Positions 10,607 through 20,265 of a DNA stretch of 64,000 nt are shown here, in pieces. The stretch's first letter is position 1. Every line of letters starts with the position of its first letter. This stretch comes from Alphaproteobacteria bacterium. GTDB taxonomy: Bacteria > Pseudomonadota > Alphaproteobacteria > Rs-D84. The position numbers were made by a program, and so were the translations under genes. Under the pieces are notes generated by a model. It was not told the origin of the DNA, did not search any database, and worked only from the letters and a program-made list of their open reading frames with translations. Location: assembly GCA_009777955.1 (NCBI GenBank), contig WRKW01000002.1, positions 5,294 through 69,293 of the forward strand, read 5' to 3'.

Positions 10607-11728
10607 CTATCGGGTCGAATTATTTATACCGGTCTTTTTTATTTCCCCGATATATGCGCCCATACTTACTGCGACAGAAAGCAAGGGGTGGTCATCGGGA
10701 ACAAATGCGTTTGCTATGAACATGTTTGGGATATTTGGATCCGGTTTTGCCGCGCCCCGATTTATCATTTCTGAAATCGGCACGGTTTTTACGGTACTGC
10801 CATCCAGCGAAGTCATAACATAGGTTTCATTGTTATCTATCGCGTCAAGTGCCGCCGTTGCGAATCGGGCGGCCAGAATACGATCTGTCGCGATCGTATC
10901 CCCCGTTCTTTGGGTATGTTCTGGGAATGCAGTGCGATTGTTGATATTGCGTTTTGTCAGTTCGCGTGAAATCATGTCTGCGGGTTGACCGGAATGTCCG
11001 CGTAACTTTATGCCTTCGGCCACTATTATTATTCCGTAATCACGCCCCTGTTCTTTTTGGATGTTTTCTATATGCCGGCACAGATTGCCGACATCAAATT
11101 TTATTTCTGGAATCAATATAGCATCAGCACCCGTGGCTATTCCGGCGTGCAAGGCCAAAGCCCCTACTTCGCGTCCCATGGCCTGTACCACGAACCATCG
11201 GTGATGTGATCGCCCGGTCAGCATAAGTTGGTTGCAGAATGTCGAAAGGCCATTAACAGCTGTATCGAATCCTATGGTGGTATCTGTTGCGGGTATGTCC
11301 ATGTCGATAGTTTTTGGAATTCCGATAAGTTGCAGATTACCGTAAACGCTTTGGCTTTTGGCGGCGATGGAAAGAGAGCCGTTTCCGCCGATTACGACCA
11401 GCGCGTCCAAATTCATCGCTTTCAATGACTTTCTCATACGTGTGGTGAATTTTTCGTACAAACCTGTTTTCTTTGCGGTTTCAAAGTTAAGGGCATGGCG
11501 ATTTCCGTTGCGCAACCAGCTTCCTGCCATATTCGCTTCTTCCGGTGGCAAGGTGTTATAATCAAATTCTACAAAATTTGGTGCAAAATCTTGTGTCAGC
11601 CCGTCTGTGCCGTCAAGTATTCCAAGTATACGATGTCCGCGGCGCAGACCTTGGGTGGCCAGGTTGCGTATTACGGAATTAAGGCCAGAGCAATCCCCGC
11701 CAGTTGTCATGATCGCGATGGTTTTCAT
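10607..11728 (-). CDS. pfk: 6-phosphofructokinase
   Basis: MTTGGDCSGLN, VVIGGNGSL, MGR motif (VVQAMGREVG) and PE...D. Confidence 0.85.
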   Translation of the reverse strand: MKTIAIMTTGGDCSGLNSVIRNLATQGLRRGHRILGILDGTDGLTQDFAPNFVEFDYNTLPPEEANMAGSWLRNGNRHALNFETAKKTGLYEKFTTRMRKSLKAMNLDALVVIGGNGSLSIAAKSQSVYGNLQLIGIPKTIDMDIPATDTTIGFDTAVNGLSTFCNQLMLTGRSHHRWFVVQAMGREVGALALHAGIATGADAILIPEIKFDVGNLCRHIENIQKEQGRDYGIIIVAEGIKLRGHSGQPADMISRELTKRNINNRTAFPEHTQRTGDTIATDRILAARFATAALDAIDNNETYVMTSLDGSTVKTVPISEMINRGAAKPDPNIPNMFIANAFVPDDHPLLSVAVSMGAYIGEIKKTGINNSTR

Positions 11729-11942
11729 ATTAAGTCCTCTTATGTGCATTATACCATATTTTCCTGTCGAAAAATAGCCGGATAGTCATATTTTGCCTTT
11801 CTTACTTTTTCATCATAAAAATAAGTTACGTTTTTGTAACAATTTGTGTATAATGTAACCATAAGATTGTCATTTTGGCAGCTTGTCCGTCGAAGTGTCG
11901 GCACGGATTAAAATTTAAAATATATACAAAAAGGAACATACT

Positions 11943-12227
11943 ATGAAAAAACTTATCTTCATACTTCCCGCAATTTTTATCGCGGCGAACTCAGCAAACG
12001 CGAATCCGCTGGTAGCCTGTCCGAACGGAATGACCATGGAGATTCATAGCAATGTAACACTGCGTCCCGGAACAACATGCAATACCGGAGAGGATGTACA
12101 CGAATCGAGCATACAGAAATGCACAGCGTCATCTACCACCAAATGCTGGCTGTTTGTGGATGAATCGGATGGCTTCAGCGATGATGTCGGTAATTATGGT
12201 TACGGTTTTTGCCCAATGACATCTTAA
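11943..12227 (+). CDS. Small secreted Cys-containing protein (94 aa)
   Basis: AAAGGAA RBS. Signal peptide ending ANA. Confidence 0.45.
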   Translation: MKKLIFILPAIFIAANSANANPLVACPNGMTMEIHSNVTLRPGTTCNTGEDVHESSIQKCTASSTTKCWLFVDESDGFSDDVGNYGYGFCPMTS

Positions 12228-12302
12228 AAAAGTTTGCCAAGTATTAAAGAGTATCTTTTTCAACAAAATTAATCCCTGTTTGTCGCCCTTATAAAAGTCA
12301 AT

Positions 12303-12415
12303 ACGGCTCTCGTCAGAGAGCCGTCATGTTTTCCGTTTTTTGAATGAATAATGAATAGTGAATAATGAATAATTAATGCGTCGCGCAAAGCGCACGATAC
12401 AAATTTATATTGCAT
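12303..12415. repeat. Mosaic palindromic intergenic repeat (hairpin acggctctcgtcagagagccgt, then gaatgaataatgaataat and cgcgcaaagcgcacgataca modules)
   Basis: Related modules recur at 15174, 25047, 42164, 48043, 50694 and 54610. Confidence 0.8.
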
Positions 12416-12550
12416 AATCTGTACGGTTGATAGCTTATTGAACCGATGTTATGTTTACTCTTGACAAACAGTCTGTTTTGATAGTACTATTGCGTTAATT
12501 AATTCAAAGGGCGTGGAGAGAGGGTCTTTGATAAACAAAAGGCACAACTC

Positions 12551-13810
12551 ATGTTTAACAGAAACAAAGGCAGATTTGCCGATATGGGAAAAGTAAAAAG
12601 AACAACCGAAGAAATAATTGACGATGCCAATGCAAAGCATAATCGCATCGCCGCCCTGTGGAGTCGCAACAGACCATCAACCCCGGCGGTACCCGCATCC
12701 GCAAACAATCCCCATGTTGCAAAATCTGCATCGGAAAAAAAGCCGGCTGATAAACAGTCGTCCGAATCAAAAGGGTTCGTGCCATACGCGCTGAACAAAC
12801 AAAGTGTTGGTGGTATATTGTCGGCTTATTGGTTTCCGATTGCGTGTGTTGTTATCGTGCTTTTGCTTGTGGTGTGGGCTATGTGGCCAAGCAGTGATAC
12901 CACTTCGGAAGATGCCCTGCCATTGGCACCCGCTGTTGTAATGGTTGATGGAGAGGTTGTTCATGCCAATCCGGATGAAACAGATGTTAATGTTTCAGAA
13001 CCCACTGTCCATATAATTAACGAAAAGCAGTTGCCAGAATTTGACATAGTTCGAATCGAGAAAAATGGCTCTATAATAATCGCCGGTCGTTATCTGCCCC
13101 AGCAAAGCATATCCGTGATGATTAATAATAAGATTGTCGCCACGGAACGCACCGATGCCAATGGCGAATTTGTGCATGCGCCTACAAAGCCTTTAAATCC
13201 GGGCAACTATACAATAAAGCTGACCGCTGTTGATCATGATGTTGTGTCTGAAAACGATGTATTCCTTTATATAGCACAGGGAAATGATTACAGCAGATCG
13301 CTTTCATTGCTGATGACAAAGGATGGAAGTAAAGTATTACAGGCACCGATGTTGGCTGACGGTGACTTGGCAGTGTCCAAGATAGATTATCTTGAAAATG
13401 GCCGCATAGTCGTCCAGGGTCGGGCTATCCCGCGCCTGCGTGTGACTTTGACATTGGATGGAAATAAAATTGGCACTTCGCGCACAAGCGACCACAAAAA
13501 CTTCATGCTTGGTGCGGATACCGGAAACCTGACAGCGGGTACGGAATATACCCTGGTTGTGAATTTGCATGATGCCAGTGGTAACGCTGTGTCTGCGGTC
13601 ACGCACAAGTTCAAGATGCCGGAAATGACCCCGGGTGATGATACTTGGTACACTGTACGTCGTGGCGATTCGTTATGGATAATTTCACGGAACTTTATTG
13701 GGCGTGGCGTGCGCTATACCGTGATATTCGAAGCAAACAAGGATAAGGTTAAAAAGGCAGATTTGATTTATCCAAATCAGAAACTTCGGATCCCGGTAAC
13801 GGCAAATTAA
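12551..13810 (+). CDS. LysM peptidoglycan-binding domain protein with N-terminal membrane anchor and Ig-like repeats
   Basis: C-terminal LysM (YTVRRGDSLWIISR...LIYPNQKLRIP). One transmembrane segment near aa 95-115. Confidence 0.7.
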   Translation: MFNRNKGRFADMGKVKRTTEEIIDDANAKHNRIAALWSRNRPSTPAVPASANNPHVAKSASEKKPADKQSSESKGFVPYALNKQSVGGILSAYWFPIACVVIVLLLVVWAMWPSSDTTSEDALPLAPAVVMVDGEVVHANPDETDVNVSEPTVHIINEKQLPEFDIVRIEKNGSIIIAGRYLPQQSISVMINNKIVATERTDANGEFVHAPTKPLNPGNYTIKLTAVDHDVVSENDVFLYIAQGNDYSRSLSLLMTKDGSKVLQAPMLADGDLAVSKIDYLENGRIVVQGRAIPRLRVTLTLDGNKIGTSRTSDHKNFMLGADTGNLTAGTEYTLVVNLHDASGNAVSAVTHKFKMPEMTPGDDTWYTVRRGDSLWIISRNFIGRGVRYTVIFEANKDKVKKADLIYPNQKLRIPVTAN

Positions 13811-13887
13811 TCTAAATTGGGGCGCGGAACTACCGCGCCCCACCCTTATAATCCGAATCAATTATTTATAAGTTTGGGGAAAATAAA

Positions 13888-14424
13888 ATGAAAGCCAAAG
13901 ATTTTCGCACCTTTTGCTTGCGTTTGCTGAAATATGAAATGGGTATAACGCTGACAATGCGCCAGCGGGGTCGGAATGTTCCGATAGAAATAAACGGCGA
14001 AAACCAAGATACCCAAAACTGGGATAAGCTTTTGTTAAATGTGGAATGGGGTGAATTCAAAGAAAAAATTTTGCTAAGGCTTATAATGCACGGTGAATAT
14101 CCTATCTGCGGGATCAGTGGCAGACCGATAAAAGAAGAATGCCAGTTATCCAAAGATCATCAAGTTTGCAAAAGCAACGGGGGGTCTTATCGGCTTTCTA
14201 ATCTTCAGCCCGCAATGCATGAAGCAAACGGCAAACGTGGTAATAAAAAATTGGGCAATTCGTCGCCGTATTTAAATTGTAATACCAACGGAAAGATTAT
14301 AACAAATATCCGGCAGATTGAAGAGCGTAAGGATCACAAGCCAAAGTACAGAAATAAAAAGAAAATCCGTGTTTTTAATCTGGCAGATGAGATGATAAAT
14401 AGGGCAAGCAGAAAACAAAGATAA
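13888..14424 (+). CDS. HNH endonuclease family protein
   Basis: CGISGRPI...LSKDHQVCKSNGGSYRLSNLQ...HEANGKRGNK matches the HNH beta-beta-alpha metal finger (DH...N...N/H). Confidence 0.55.
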   Translation: MKAKDFRTFCLRLLKYEMGITLTMRQRGRNVPIEINGENQDTQNWDKLLLNVEWGEFKEKILLRLIMHGEYPICGISGRPIKEECQLSKDHQVCKSNGGSYRLSNLQPAMHEANGKRGNKKLGNSSPYLNCNTNGKIITNIRQIEERKDHKPKYRNKKKIRVFNLADEMINRASRKQR

Positions 14425-14548
14425 AAAAATAGGCTTTGTGGTAGAGAGTATTTTTTTGCATTTTGGCAAAAATATTTATTAAAAATAAACTTGACAAATC
14501 CATATACAGGTCTATCATGTTTGTATAATCTAACCAAAAGGCAAAAAA

Positions 14549-15100
14549 ATGTTTAACATATTTAATAGAAAACCTAAAAAAACACAATCGCATGATGAAA
14601 CGCAACAGGCGCATAACAAAACGTATTTTATTAAAAACTATCTTATAGTTACCCACAATATCCCGACCAAGGGCGAAGTTCCGGTGTTCGTTCATGTCTT
14701 TTCCGAAAGTATGCAGATGCTGGGCGTGCCAGAAATGTACGCGTTAAGCGATAATTGCAAGGCCAATCAGAAAGAAAATTGCAGTGGACTTAGCGTTATG
14801 AAAAAAATGATAAATAAAGAAAATGGGGATGGCTATTTCGAAGGAACTATGAGTGAAATGAAAAAAAAGTTTCCAAAGATAGGTTTTGACTGTCTGGTAA
14901 GAACCGATATCGGTGAATATTATTTGCGTATAGTAAAGCTTAGCACTACGACCATGACCGAAGGTGGAACTGCGCCATGCAAAAATATCTGCGGAAAGTG
15001 CGATAAGTGTAGGGAATCCCAGCCAACGGTTATTGGTAACGTAAATAGCCTGGTCGAACGTTTTCTGGACAATTGCAATTCGTGCAGAAACGGCAGATAA
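14549..15100 (+). CDS. Hypothetical protein with C-terminal CxxC...CxxC cluster (183 aa)
   Basis: Upstream is very AT-rich. C-terminus has a zinc-ribbon-like CKNICGKCDKC...CNSCRNG. Confidence 0.4.
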   Translation: MFNIFNRKPKKTQSHDETQQAHNKTYFIKNYLIVTHNIPTKGEVPVFVHVFSESMQMLGVPEMYALSDNCKANQKENCSGLSVMKKMINKENGDGYFEGTMSEMKKKFPKIGFDCLVRTDIGEYYLRIVKLSTTTMTEGGTAPCKNICGKCDKCRESQPTVIGNVNSLVERFLDNCNSCRNGR

Positions 15101-15173
15101 AATCGCATTAAAAAATTACCATCATACCTGCGACGGCAAATGATTCCGTTGATATGATTATCCCTTAAACGGC

Positions 15174-15195
15174 TCTCGTAAGAGAGCCGTTAATA
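15174..15195. repeat. Hairpin repeat acggctctcgtaagagagccgt (probable terminator of the upstream gene)
   Basis: Perfect 8-bp stem. Same family as the 12303 repeat. Confidence 0.7.
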
Positions 15196-15225
15196 ATGCG
15201 TTCACTTTACATGACTAAATACAAA

Positions 15226-15254
15226 TTGACCTTTGTCATGGCATATGGTATAAT
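15226..15254 (+). promoter_or_regulatory. Near-consensus sigma70 promoter (TTGACC, 17 nt spacer, TGgTATAAT)
   Basis: -35 at 15226-15231. Extended -10 at 15246-15254. AAAGGAG RBS follows, then the ATG at 15276. Confidence 0.6.
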
Positions 15255-15275
15255 ATACCCAAAGGAGAGAGTATC

Positions 15276-15785
15276 ATGAATACATTTAACAAAACTATAA
15301 AGATAACAAGTATCCTTGCTGTATTAACGATAATCCCATTGCATGGGTCTATTGCCGCTGTTGCGTGTATGGCAAGACCCATAAGTCCGACGAGTTGTCC
15401 AGAAAGTGGCGTAACCCAGTGTCCTGCTAGCGGTACCAGTGGTAATGCCACAAATCAAGATTGTACCAACCTATCCCTTGGCGATTGGAAATTAACGGGT
15501 TGTACCGGAAGTAATGTATCAGAGTTCAGTGGCACAAGCCTGTGTTCAAGCACAAGCGGAACATATCCTAATTTTGGCAACCCTGTTACAGATGGTGGCA
15601 GTAATTGTTGGTGTAAGATAACCAGTATTCCCGGGTTTAGTGTCGCTTCGTCAGCTTGGGTTTGCCGGGGCACCGTCGGCGGGGGTTTGTCCGGTTGTGC
15701 GGATTACTGCGCGTACCATTGCGCGGACTTCGTCCGGAACGTTTCCGTATTCCGGTCGGCGCTGTTTGCGGCTCTCGGCCTTTAA
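15276..15785 (+). CDS. Cys-rich secreted protein, paralog A (169 aa)
   Basis: Signal peptide. About 90% identical over the first 60 aa to the product of 24443..24994. Shared CWCKITSIPGFSV block. Confidence 0.6.
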   Translation: MNTFNKTIKITSILAVLTIIPLHGSIAAVACMARPISPTSCPESGVTQCPASGTSGNATNQDCTNLSLGDWKLTGCTGSNVSEFSGTSLCSSTSGTYPNFGNPVTDGGSNCWCKITSIPGFSVASSAWVCRGTVGGGLSGCADYCAYHCADFVRNVSVFRSALFAALGL

Positions 15786-16085
15786 TGTTATGGCGGTCTG
15801 ATGTCATTGTGGTCTGGTGTCATTGCGAGTCACAAAGTGGCGAAGCAATCTTTTCAGGTATTCCGTGTCATTGCGAGTCGCGCCGTCAGGCGGACGAAGC
15901 AATCTGTTCCAACGATGGAAGTATAAAAATTCCATTGTCTGGAAGGATTGCTTCGCGGTCTTCGACCACTCGCAATGACACGGAATGCTGGAAAAGATTG
16001 CTTCGCGGTCTTCGACCACTCGCAATGACACAAAATATCTGGAAAGATTGCTTCGTGGTCTTCGACCACTCGCAATGACACGAAA
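15786..16085. repeat. Cluster of five ~50-bp units (GTGTCATTGCGAGT, variable hairpin core, CGAAGCAATC), two forward and three inverted
   Basis: Direct reading of 15817-16080. The six-frame ORFs here (15804..16130 etc.) are repeat artefacts. Confidence 0.8.
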
Positions 16086-16187
16086 TGTTATATTGGAATA
16101 CAATATAAATCTTAAACATTGAAAATTCATACTAATATTGATATACTAAGCCTGTGAAACTTAACCATTAATCATGGAGCCTATGAT

Positions 16188-16526
16188 ATGATAACAGAAT
16201 CGAATAATATAAAAATATTTGTAAAAAACGGTAACAAGGTACAGGTCAGCGAAGGTGTGTTTTTGGAACTGATTAATATGGAATATGTTGTTGATTTCTT
16301 AAAAGATATATCCAAACAGGTTCCATCACCAGGATTCAAGGTAACTTTATCATATAAGCTTACCGTAGATAATAACGAATATCTTGGCGAATTTACGCAT
16401 AACCATTATTCTGGGAATGAAAGTAAAATGGACGAAAAAAGTCCTTATGATGTTAAATTTATAACCTGGAAATTTGGGGACGATAATCCGGATAAATATT
16501 TTGAATTTGATGTTATAAAAAAATAG
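16188..16526 (+). CDS. Hypothetical protein (112 aa)
   Basis: ORF only. AT-rich island context. Confidence 0.3.
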   Translation: MITESNNIKIFVKNGNKVQVSEGVFLELINMEYVVDFLKDISKQVPSPGFKVTLSYKLTVDNNEYLGEFTHNHYSGNESKMDEKSPYDVKFITWKFGDDNPDKYFEFDVIKK

Positions 16527-16688
16527 AGAATCAAAACAGACGGCGTTCTGTTTTTATCCCCCGCCCCGCCCGGTAAAAATTGGTGGTGCGGGGAGAGAAT
16601 AAAAATAGTTTTCAATTTCAACCTTTACCAAAAGGCTACGGTGGTAACAAAAAACTGCGCCTTTTGGGTAAAGTTTAGAAAATATAAA

Positions 16689-17126
16689 CTAGTGCTGTTT
16701 TTCCTTTTCCGCTTTAATTGAAAGATGCCGTGCTGCCATATTCACGGCTTTGTAAAGCTCTTCCGTGCAATCGACACATTTTTTCTGGCAACTTTCGCAT
16801 TCTGGAAATTCGACTTTGAATACCATAACCCCTTTTATGAGATTATTTCTGGGTTCGATACCATTTGGGCGTTTATCCATATAGCCAAATTCGGCATCAT
16901 GTCCCCTGTAATCTGTTATTATTTTTGCTTCTTGGGTAAAAGTAATCGTTCCATTTACTCTGGTTTTGGCATCCATTTCTTTATCCGCCTTTTCATAGTC
17001 TTTTTTGATGCATTCGCAGATAAGATCCGTTATTTTCTCGTGCGGATTCGCAAAGCCAAAATATGGAAGCGAGATTTTAATTTCCTGGTTTTTAAAGAGA
17101 AATTTTGCTGTGTCATAATCATTCAT
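16689..17126 (-). CDS. Hypothetical protein with CxxC-x5-CxxC cluster (145 aa)
   Basis: CESCQKKCVDC near the C-terminus. Confidence 0.35.
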   Translation of the reverse strand: MNDYDTAKFLFKNQEIKISLPYFGFANPHEKITDLICECIKKDYEKADKEMDAKTRVNGTITFTQEAKIITDYRGHDAEFGYMDKRPNGIEPRNNLIKGVMVFKVEFPECESCQKKCVDCTEELYKAVNMAARHLSIKAEKEKQH

Positions 17127-17305
17127 TTATCATCCTTTAATGTTACTTCTCTCTCATAAAACAAAATATAGGGTATATCTATATTTAAAATGCAATCGAA
17201 AATTGGATAAATATGGTGCTGTGGGCAGCTGTGGGAGTATCGAACTAATTTTGGTTATGATATTGAGAGGTTAAGAAAGAAAATCGATACATTCAAACAG
17301 GAAAT

Positions 17306-17866
17306 CTATTTCAATACTTTCCACAAATCTTCAAATGTTGCACCTGTGTCAGAAAAGCAAAAATGTCCTTTGTCCGTATAGTCGTGTCGTGTGATGTTTG
17401 GATATATCTGCATAATATGGTTAACGCTTTTTGTAATCATATCCATATCATCTTGCGAATGAAACAAATGGACGTGTTTGATTTTATTTAACGCTTCTTT
17501 ATTAAAATCGAATTGTAAGAAATCACCCTCTCGTCTATCTGGGTCGATCCATGGCGCAACCAGTACAAGCTTATCCAAAGATATCCCTGGATTCCCATGC
17601 AACCATTTCAAAAAAAATCCACAGCCTGCACTATGTCCAACAACAACCGACAGATTAGAATGGTCTAATTGTTCAAAAGTCTTTTTCCATTCTTCATAAA
17701 CGGGTTTGTAAGGCGCTGGCATTTCCAGACACTGACACAACAGGCCAGAACGCAAAAATTTTTGCTGCAACCACGGCAACCAATGCGCATTTGACGGAGA
17801 TGGGAAGTCCATCTCGAAATACTCCTCTCTATCACAAACACCGTGCAATATAACTGCTGTTTTCAT
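17306..17866 (-). CDS. Serine hydrolase, YdeN/RBBP9 alpha/beta-hydrolase family
   Basis: About 186 aa. GHSAGC nucleophile elbow. Late Asp/His (HSQDD...H). Confidence 0.6.
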   Translation of the reverse strand: MKTAVILHGVCDREEYFEMDFPSPSNAHWLPWLQQKFLRSGLLCQCLEMPAPYKPVYEEWKKTFEQLDHSNLSVVVGHSAGCGFFLKWLHGNPGISLDKLVLVAPWIDPDRREGDFLQFDFNKEALNKIKHVHLFHSQDDMDMITKSVNHIMQIYPNITRHDYTDKGHFCFSDTGATFEDLWKVLK

Positions 17867-17946
17867 TTAATTTCCTTTGCTTTTTGAAATTATAAACAAC
17901 ATTTCATAAAATTAAAGTTAAAACTTAAACAATTTAAGAGAAAATT

Positions 17947-18741
17947 TTAGTCGCTGATTATATCTTCAACCCAGTCTAAAATCTCTTTACTCGGATTGCT
18001 TATCACAAGTTCTTGCCATTGGCCTGTCTTTTGAAAATAATCGTCTTTCCAACCTGGCGAACACACACTTGAAAACTCTGCATTTTTGAAAGAAGTAGGC
18101 AAATCCCATTTAGACCTGCTCATTCCATTTTTAGTTAGAACGCGTTTGTCTGCGTATTTTAATGTTCCGTATTGTCTATCTTTCGGGATAAAAAGCCAGT
18201 TATTATCATCCTGGTCAAAAAGACTTCGTGCAATCTCTTTTTTTGAGTGCGGATGCCATGGACAAATTCGTGCAATATCAGCCGTTCCTTTTATTATTCC
18301 ACCAACTTCCATAAAGCCATAAATTATGTGCTTATCCGGACCAACGAATGCAAGCTTACCATTGTCTTGTAATTCCGTTTGTCTGAACCAACCAAAAAAC
18401 ACAAACAAGTCGCCAATACCAACATTGGATTTTTTAAGGTGTGACAAGGCAGCCCCTTGTTGTCCGAATGCAGGAATCCAATTCTCAGGACAACTATTTA
18501 TGCAATCATTTCTTATGTCCGGGTCAAGATGACAGAATCTAATATCAAAAGCAGGGTTCAGTTCTTTTATTATCTGTTCATAAGTTTTTCCATTATAGGA
18601 AATGTCCGAGAATCTTCGTTCGCTATTTTTATCAGGAATTGGCAATGATAAAAGCGTACCGTCCGACAATATAGGATTTGGCATACCGCCTGCACTTGAA
18701 TCAAAGCCCTTACGGCTTAGAATAATTTTCTGTTTTTTCAT
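17947..18741 (-). CDS. Hypothetical protein (264 aa)
   Basis: Long clean ORF. No recognised motif. Confidence 0.45.
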   Translation of the reverse strand: MKKQKIILSRKGFDSSAGGMPNPILSDGTLLSLPIPDKNSERRFSDISYNGKTYEQIIKELNPAFDIRFCHLDPDIRNDCINSCPENWIPAFGQQGAALSHLKKSNVGIGDLFVFFGWFRQTELQDNGKLAFVGPDKHIIYGFMEVGGIIKGTADIARICPWHPHSKKEIARSLFDQDDNNWLFIPKDRQYGTLKYADKRVLTKNGMSRSKWDLPTSFKNAEFSSVCSPGWKDDYFQKTGQWQELVISNPSKEILDWVEDIISD

Positions 18742-18917
18742 ATATGAATTATAAAGTACGCAGATGCAAAAATAAAGCCCAAACAGGCGGTGAGAATCGA
18801 ACTCCGTGCCATTTCTCCGAAAGGTTGGATTTCCAAGCTTTTTCAGTAGATAGTTCGATAGCTCCGTAAAAACTGCTGATTTAAAATATCATATTAACGG
18901 GCAGTGCAAAAGACAAA

Positions 18918-19163
18918 TTATTTCCAAAGCCTTTTATTCGCGAACGCCTGGCCAGAATGTGTTTTAAGATAATATTCAAATTCTTTCGCCTGACGTTCAT
19001 CAGAAAATGATAAATATGTTATCAATTCCCACGGCTTAAATTTGCTTGTATGTATGGACTTTCCATTATTGTGATCTTTTATACGTTGTTTCAAATCAGA
19101 TGAAAATCCAATATATTTTTGATTTGGGGAGTTGATACTTTTTATAAGATATACATAAAACAT
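18918..19163 (-). CDS. GIY-YIG nuclease family protein (small, YhbQ/UPF0213-like)
   Basis: YVYLIKSINSPNQKYIGFSSDLKQRIKDHNNG matches the GIY...YIG...R..H.N core. 81 aa. Confidence 0.7.
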   Translation of the reverse strand: MFYVYLIKSINSPNQKYIGFSSDLKQRIKDHNNGKSIHTSKFKPWELITYLSFSDERQAKEFEYYLKTHSGQAFANKRLWK

Positions 19164-19185
19164 TGGTGCTTTTTTTGATTTGTGT

Positions 19186-19289
19186 CCAGGCTTCGCTTTT
19201 CAAGCTACGCCGGACTAGTCTTCGCTAACTTCTCTCTACGGCCTGCCTTACTGGCGTAAGCCAGGCGTAGCTCGAAGAGCGAAGCCTGG
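19186..19289. repeat. Long inverted repeat (26-bp arms, 2 mismatches, ~52-bp loop) abutting the tRNA-Gly 3' end
   Basis: ccaggcttcgcttttcaagctacgcc pairs with ggcgtagctcgaagagcgaagcctgg. A single-arm copy occurs at 61896-61920 after tRNA-Ser. Confidence 0.7.
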
Positions 19290-19360
19290 TGCGGGCGAAG
19301 GGAATCGAACCCTCGTCTCAAGCTTGGGAAGCTCGCATTCTGCCATTGAACCACGCCCGC
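19287..19360 (-). tRNA. tRNA-Gly (anticodon CCC)
   Basis: Reverse complement GCGGGCGTGGTTCAATGGCAGAATGCGAGCTTCCCAAGCTTGAGACGAGGGTTCGATTCCCTTCGCCCGCACCA. Near-identical architecture to E. coli tRNA-Gly(CCC). Confidence 0.85.
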
Positions 19361-19522
19361 GAAGTTTACGAATTATAACCAGATTTCATTTGACTTTCAA
19401 TAGATTTGTTATATACTTACCGTAAGTAAAAACGAATCCTTGGCCTGTGGGTCTGGGACACCGAACGGCAAGTGTTTGCTCTCGGTGGCTTTTTATTGGA
19501 AAAACAAAAAAGGATACAAAAC

Positions 19523-20029
19523 ATGGCAGTTGCAATAAGACTTTCAAGACATGGCGCGAAGAAACGGCCCTATTATCACATAGTTGTAACAGATTCCCGT
19601 CTTGCACGCGATTCTGGCAGTATTTTGGCCACCATAGGAAAATATGACCCGATGCAGCCAAAGGATAGTGACAGACGGATGAAAATTGATGCAGACAAGG
19701 TAAAATCTTGGATGGGAAAAGGGGCACGTCCATCGGACAGAGTTTACAAATTGTTGGCAAACGCAGGATTGTTGGAAAAAAGACCATTCCCGGTTCAGAC
19801 AAAGAAAAATCAGCCGTCTGAAAAAACCCTGATGAAACTGAAAGATCGCGAGGCAAAGCTTGCCAAAGTTGCCGAAGATAAAGCGGCGGTCGATGCGGCC
19901 GCGAAAACAGAGATGGAAAAACCGAACGATAATCCGGTGGAAACTTCGGCCGAAGCTGTTGTCGCAACAGAACCAGTGGCAGAATCAGTTCCAGTCGAAG
20001 CCCCGACAGAAGAAGCAAAAGCAGAATAA
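19523..20029 (+). CDS. rpsP: 30S ribosomal protein S16 with Ala/Glu-rich C-terminal extension
   Basis: MAVAIRLSRHGAKKRPYYHIVVTDSR. RBS AAGGA. Confidence 0.9.
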   Translation: MAVAIRLSRHGAKKRPYYHIVVTDSRLARDSGSILATIGKYDPMQPKDSDRRMKIDADKVKSWMGKGARPSDRVYKLLANAGLLEKRPFPVQTKKNQPSEKTLMKLKDREAKLAKVAEDKAAVDAAAKTEMEKPNDNPVETSAEAVVATEPVAESVPVEAPTEEAKAE

Positions 20030-20265
20030 ATTTATCTATTGTACAAACAAAGGATTCTGGATGGGCTTTTTTTACAAAACCGAAAACGGATACTGTTGCA
20101 AAATTACATGTAAATATTGCCCAGAAGTAAACGAACATTTCAAGAATTGGGGAAACGGCATCCGATATTTTGCAAAAAATAAAGTTCCAGATTTGTTTCT
20201 TGAACCATCGGATGAGGCATTATGTGGCATTGTTTTGAAATGTCATCTTGCAAATCAGGGGAAAA

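Noticed and set aside
15786-16085. Possible CRISPR array
   Set aside because: Units occur in both orientations, the so-called spacers are short palindromic cores of unequal length, and there are no cas genes nearby.
15804-16130. Three overlapping minus-strand ORFs (75-108 aa) containing IASGRRPRSN repeats
   Set aside because: They are translations of the tandem and inverted GTCATTGCGAG repeat cluster, not genes.
19386-20138. 250-aa minus-strand ORF
   Set aside because: It is antisense to rpsP and the rpsP-rimM leader, with no RBS, and is displaced by a well-supported gene.
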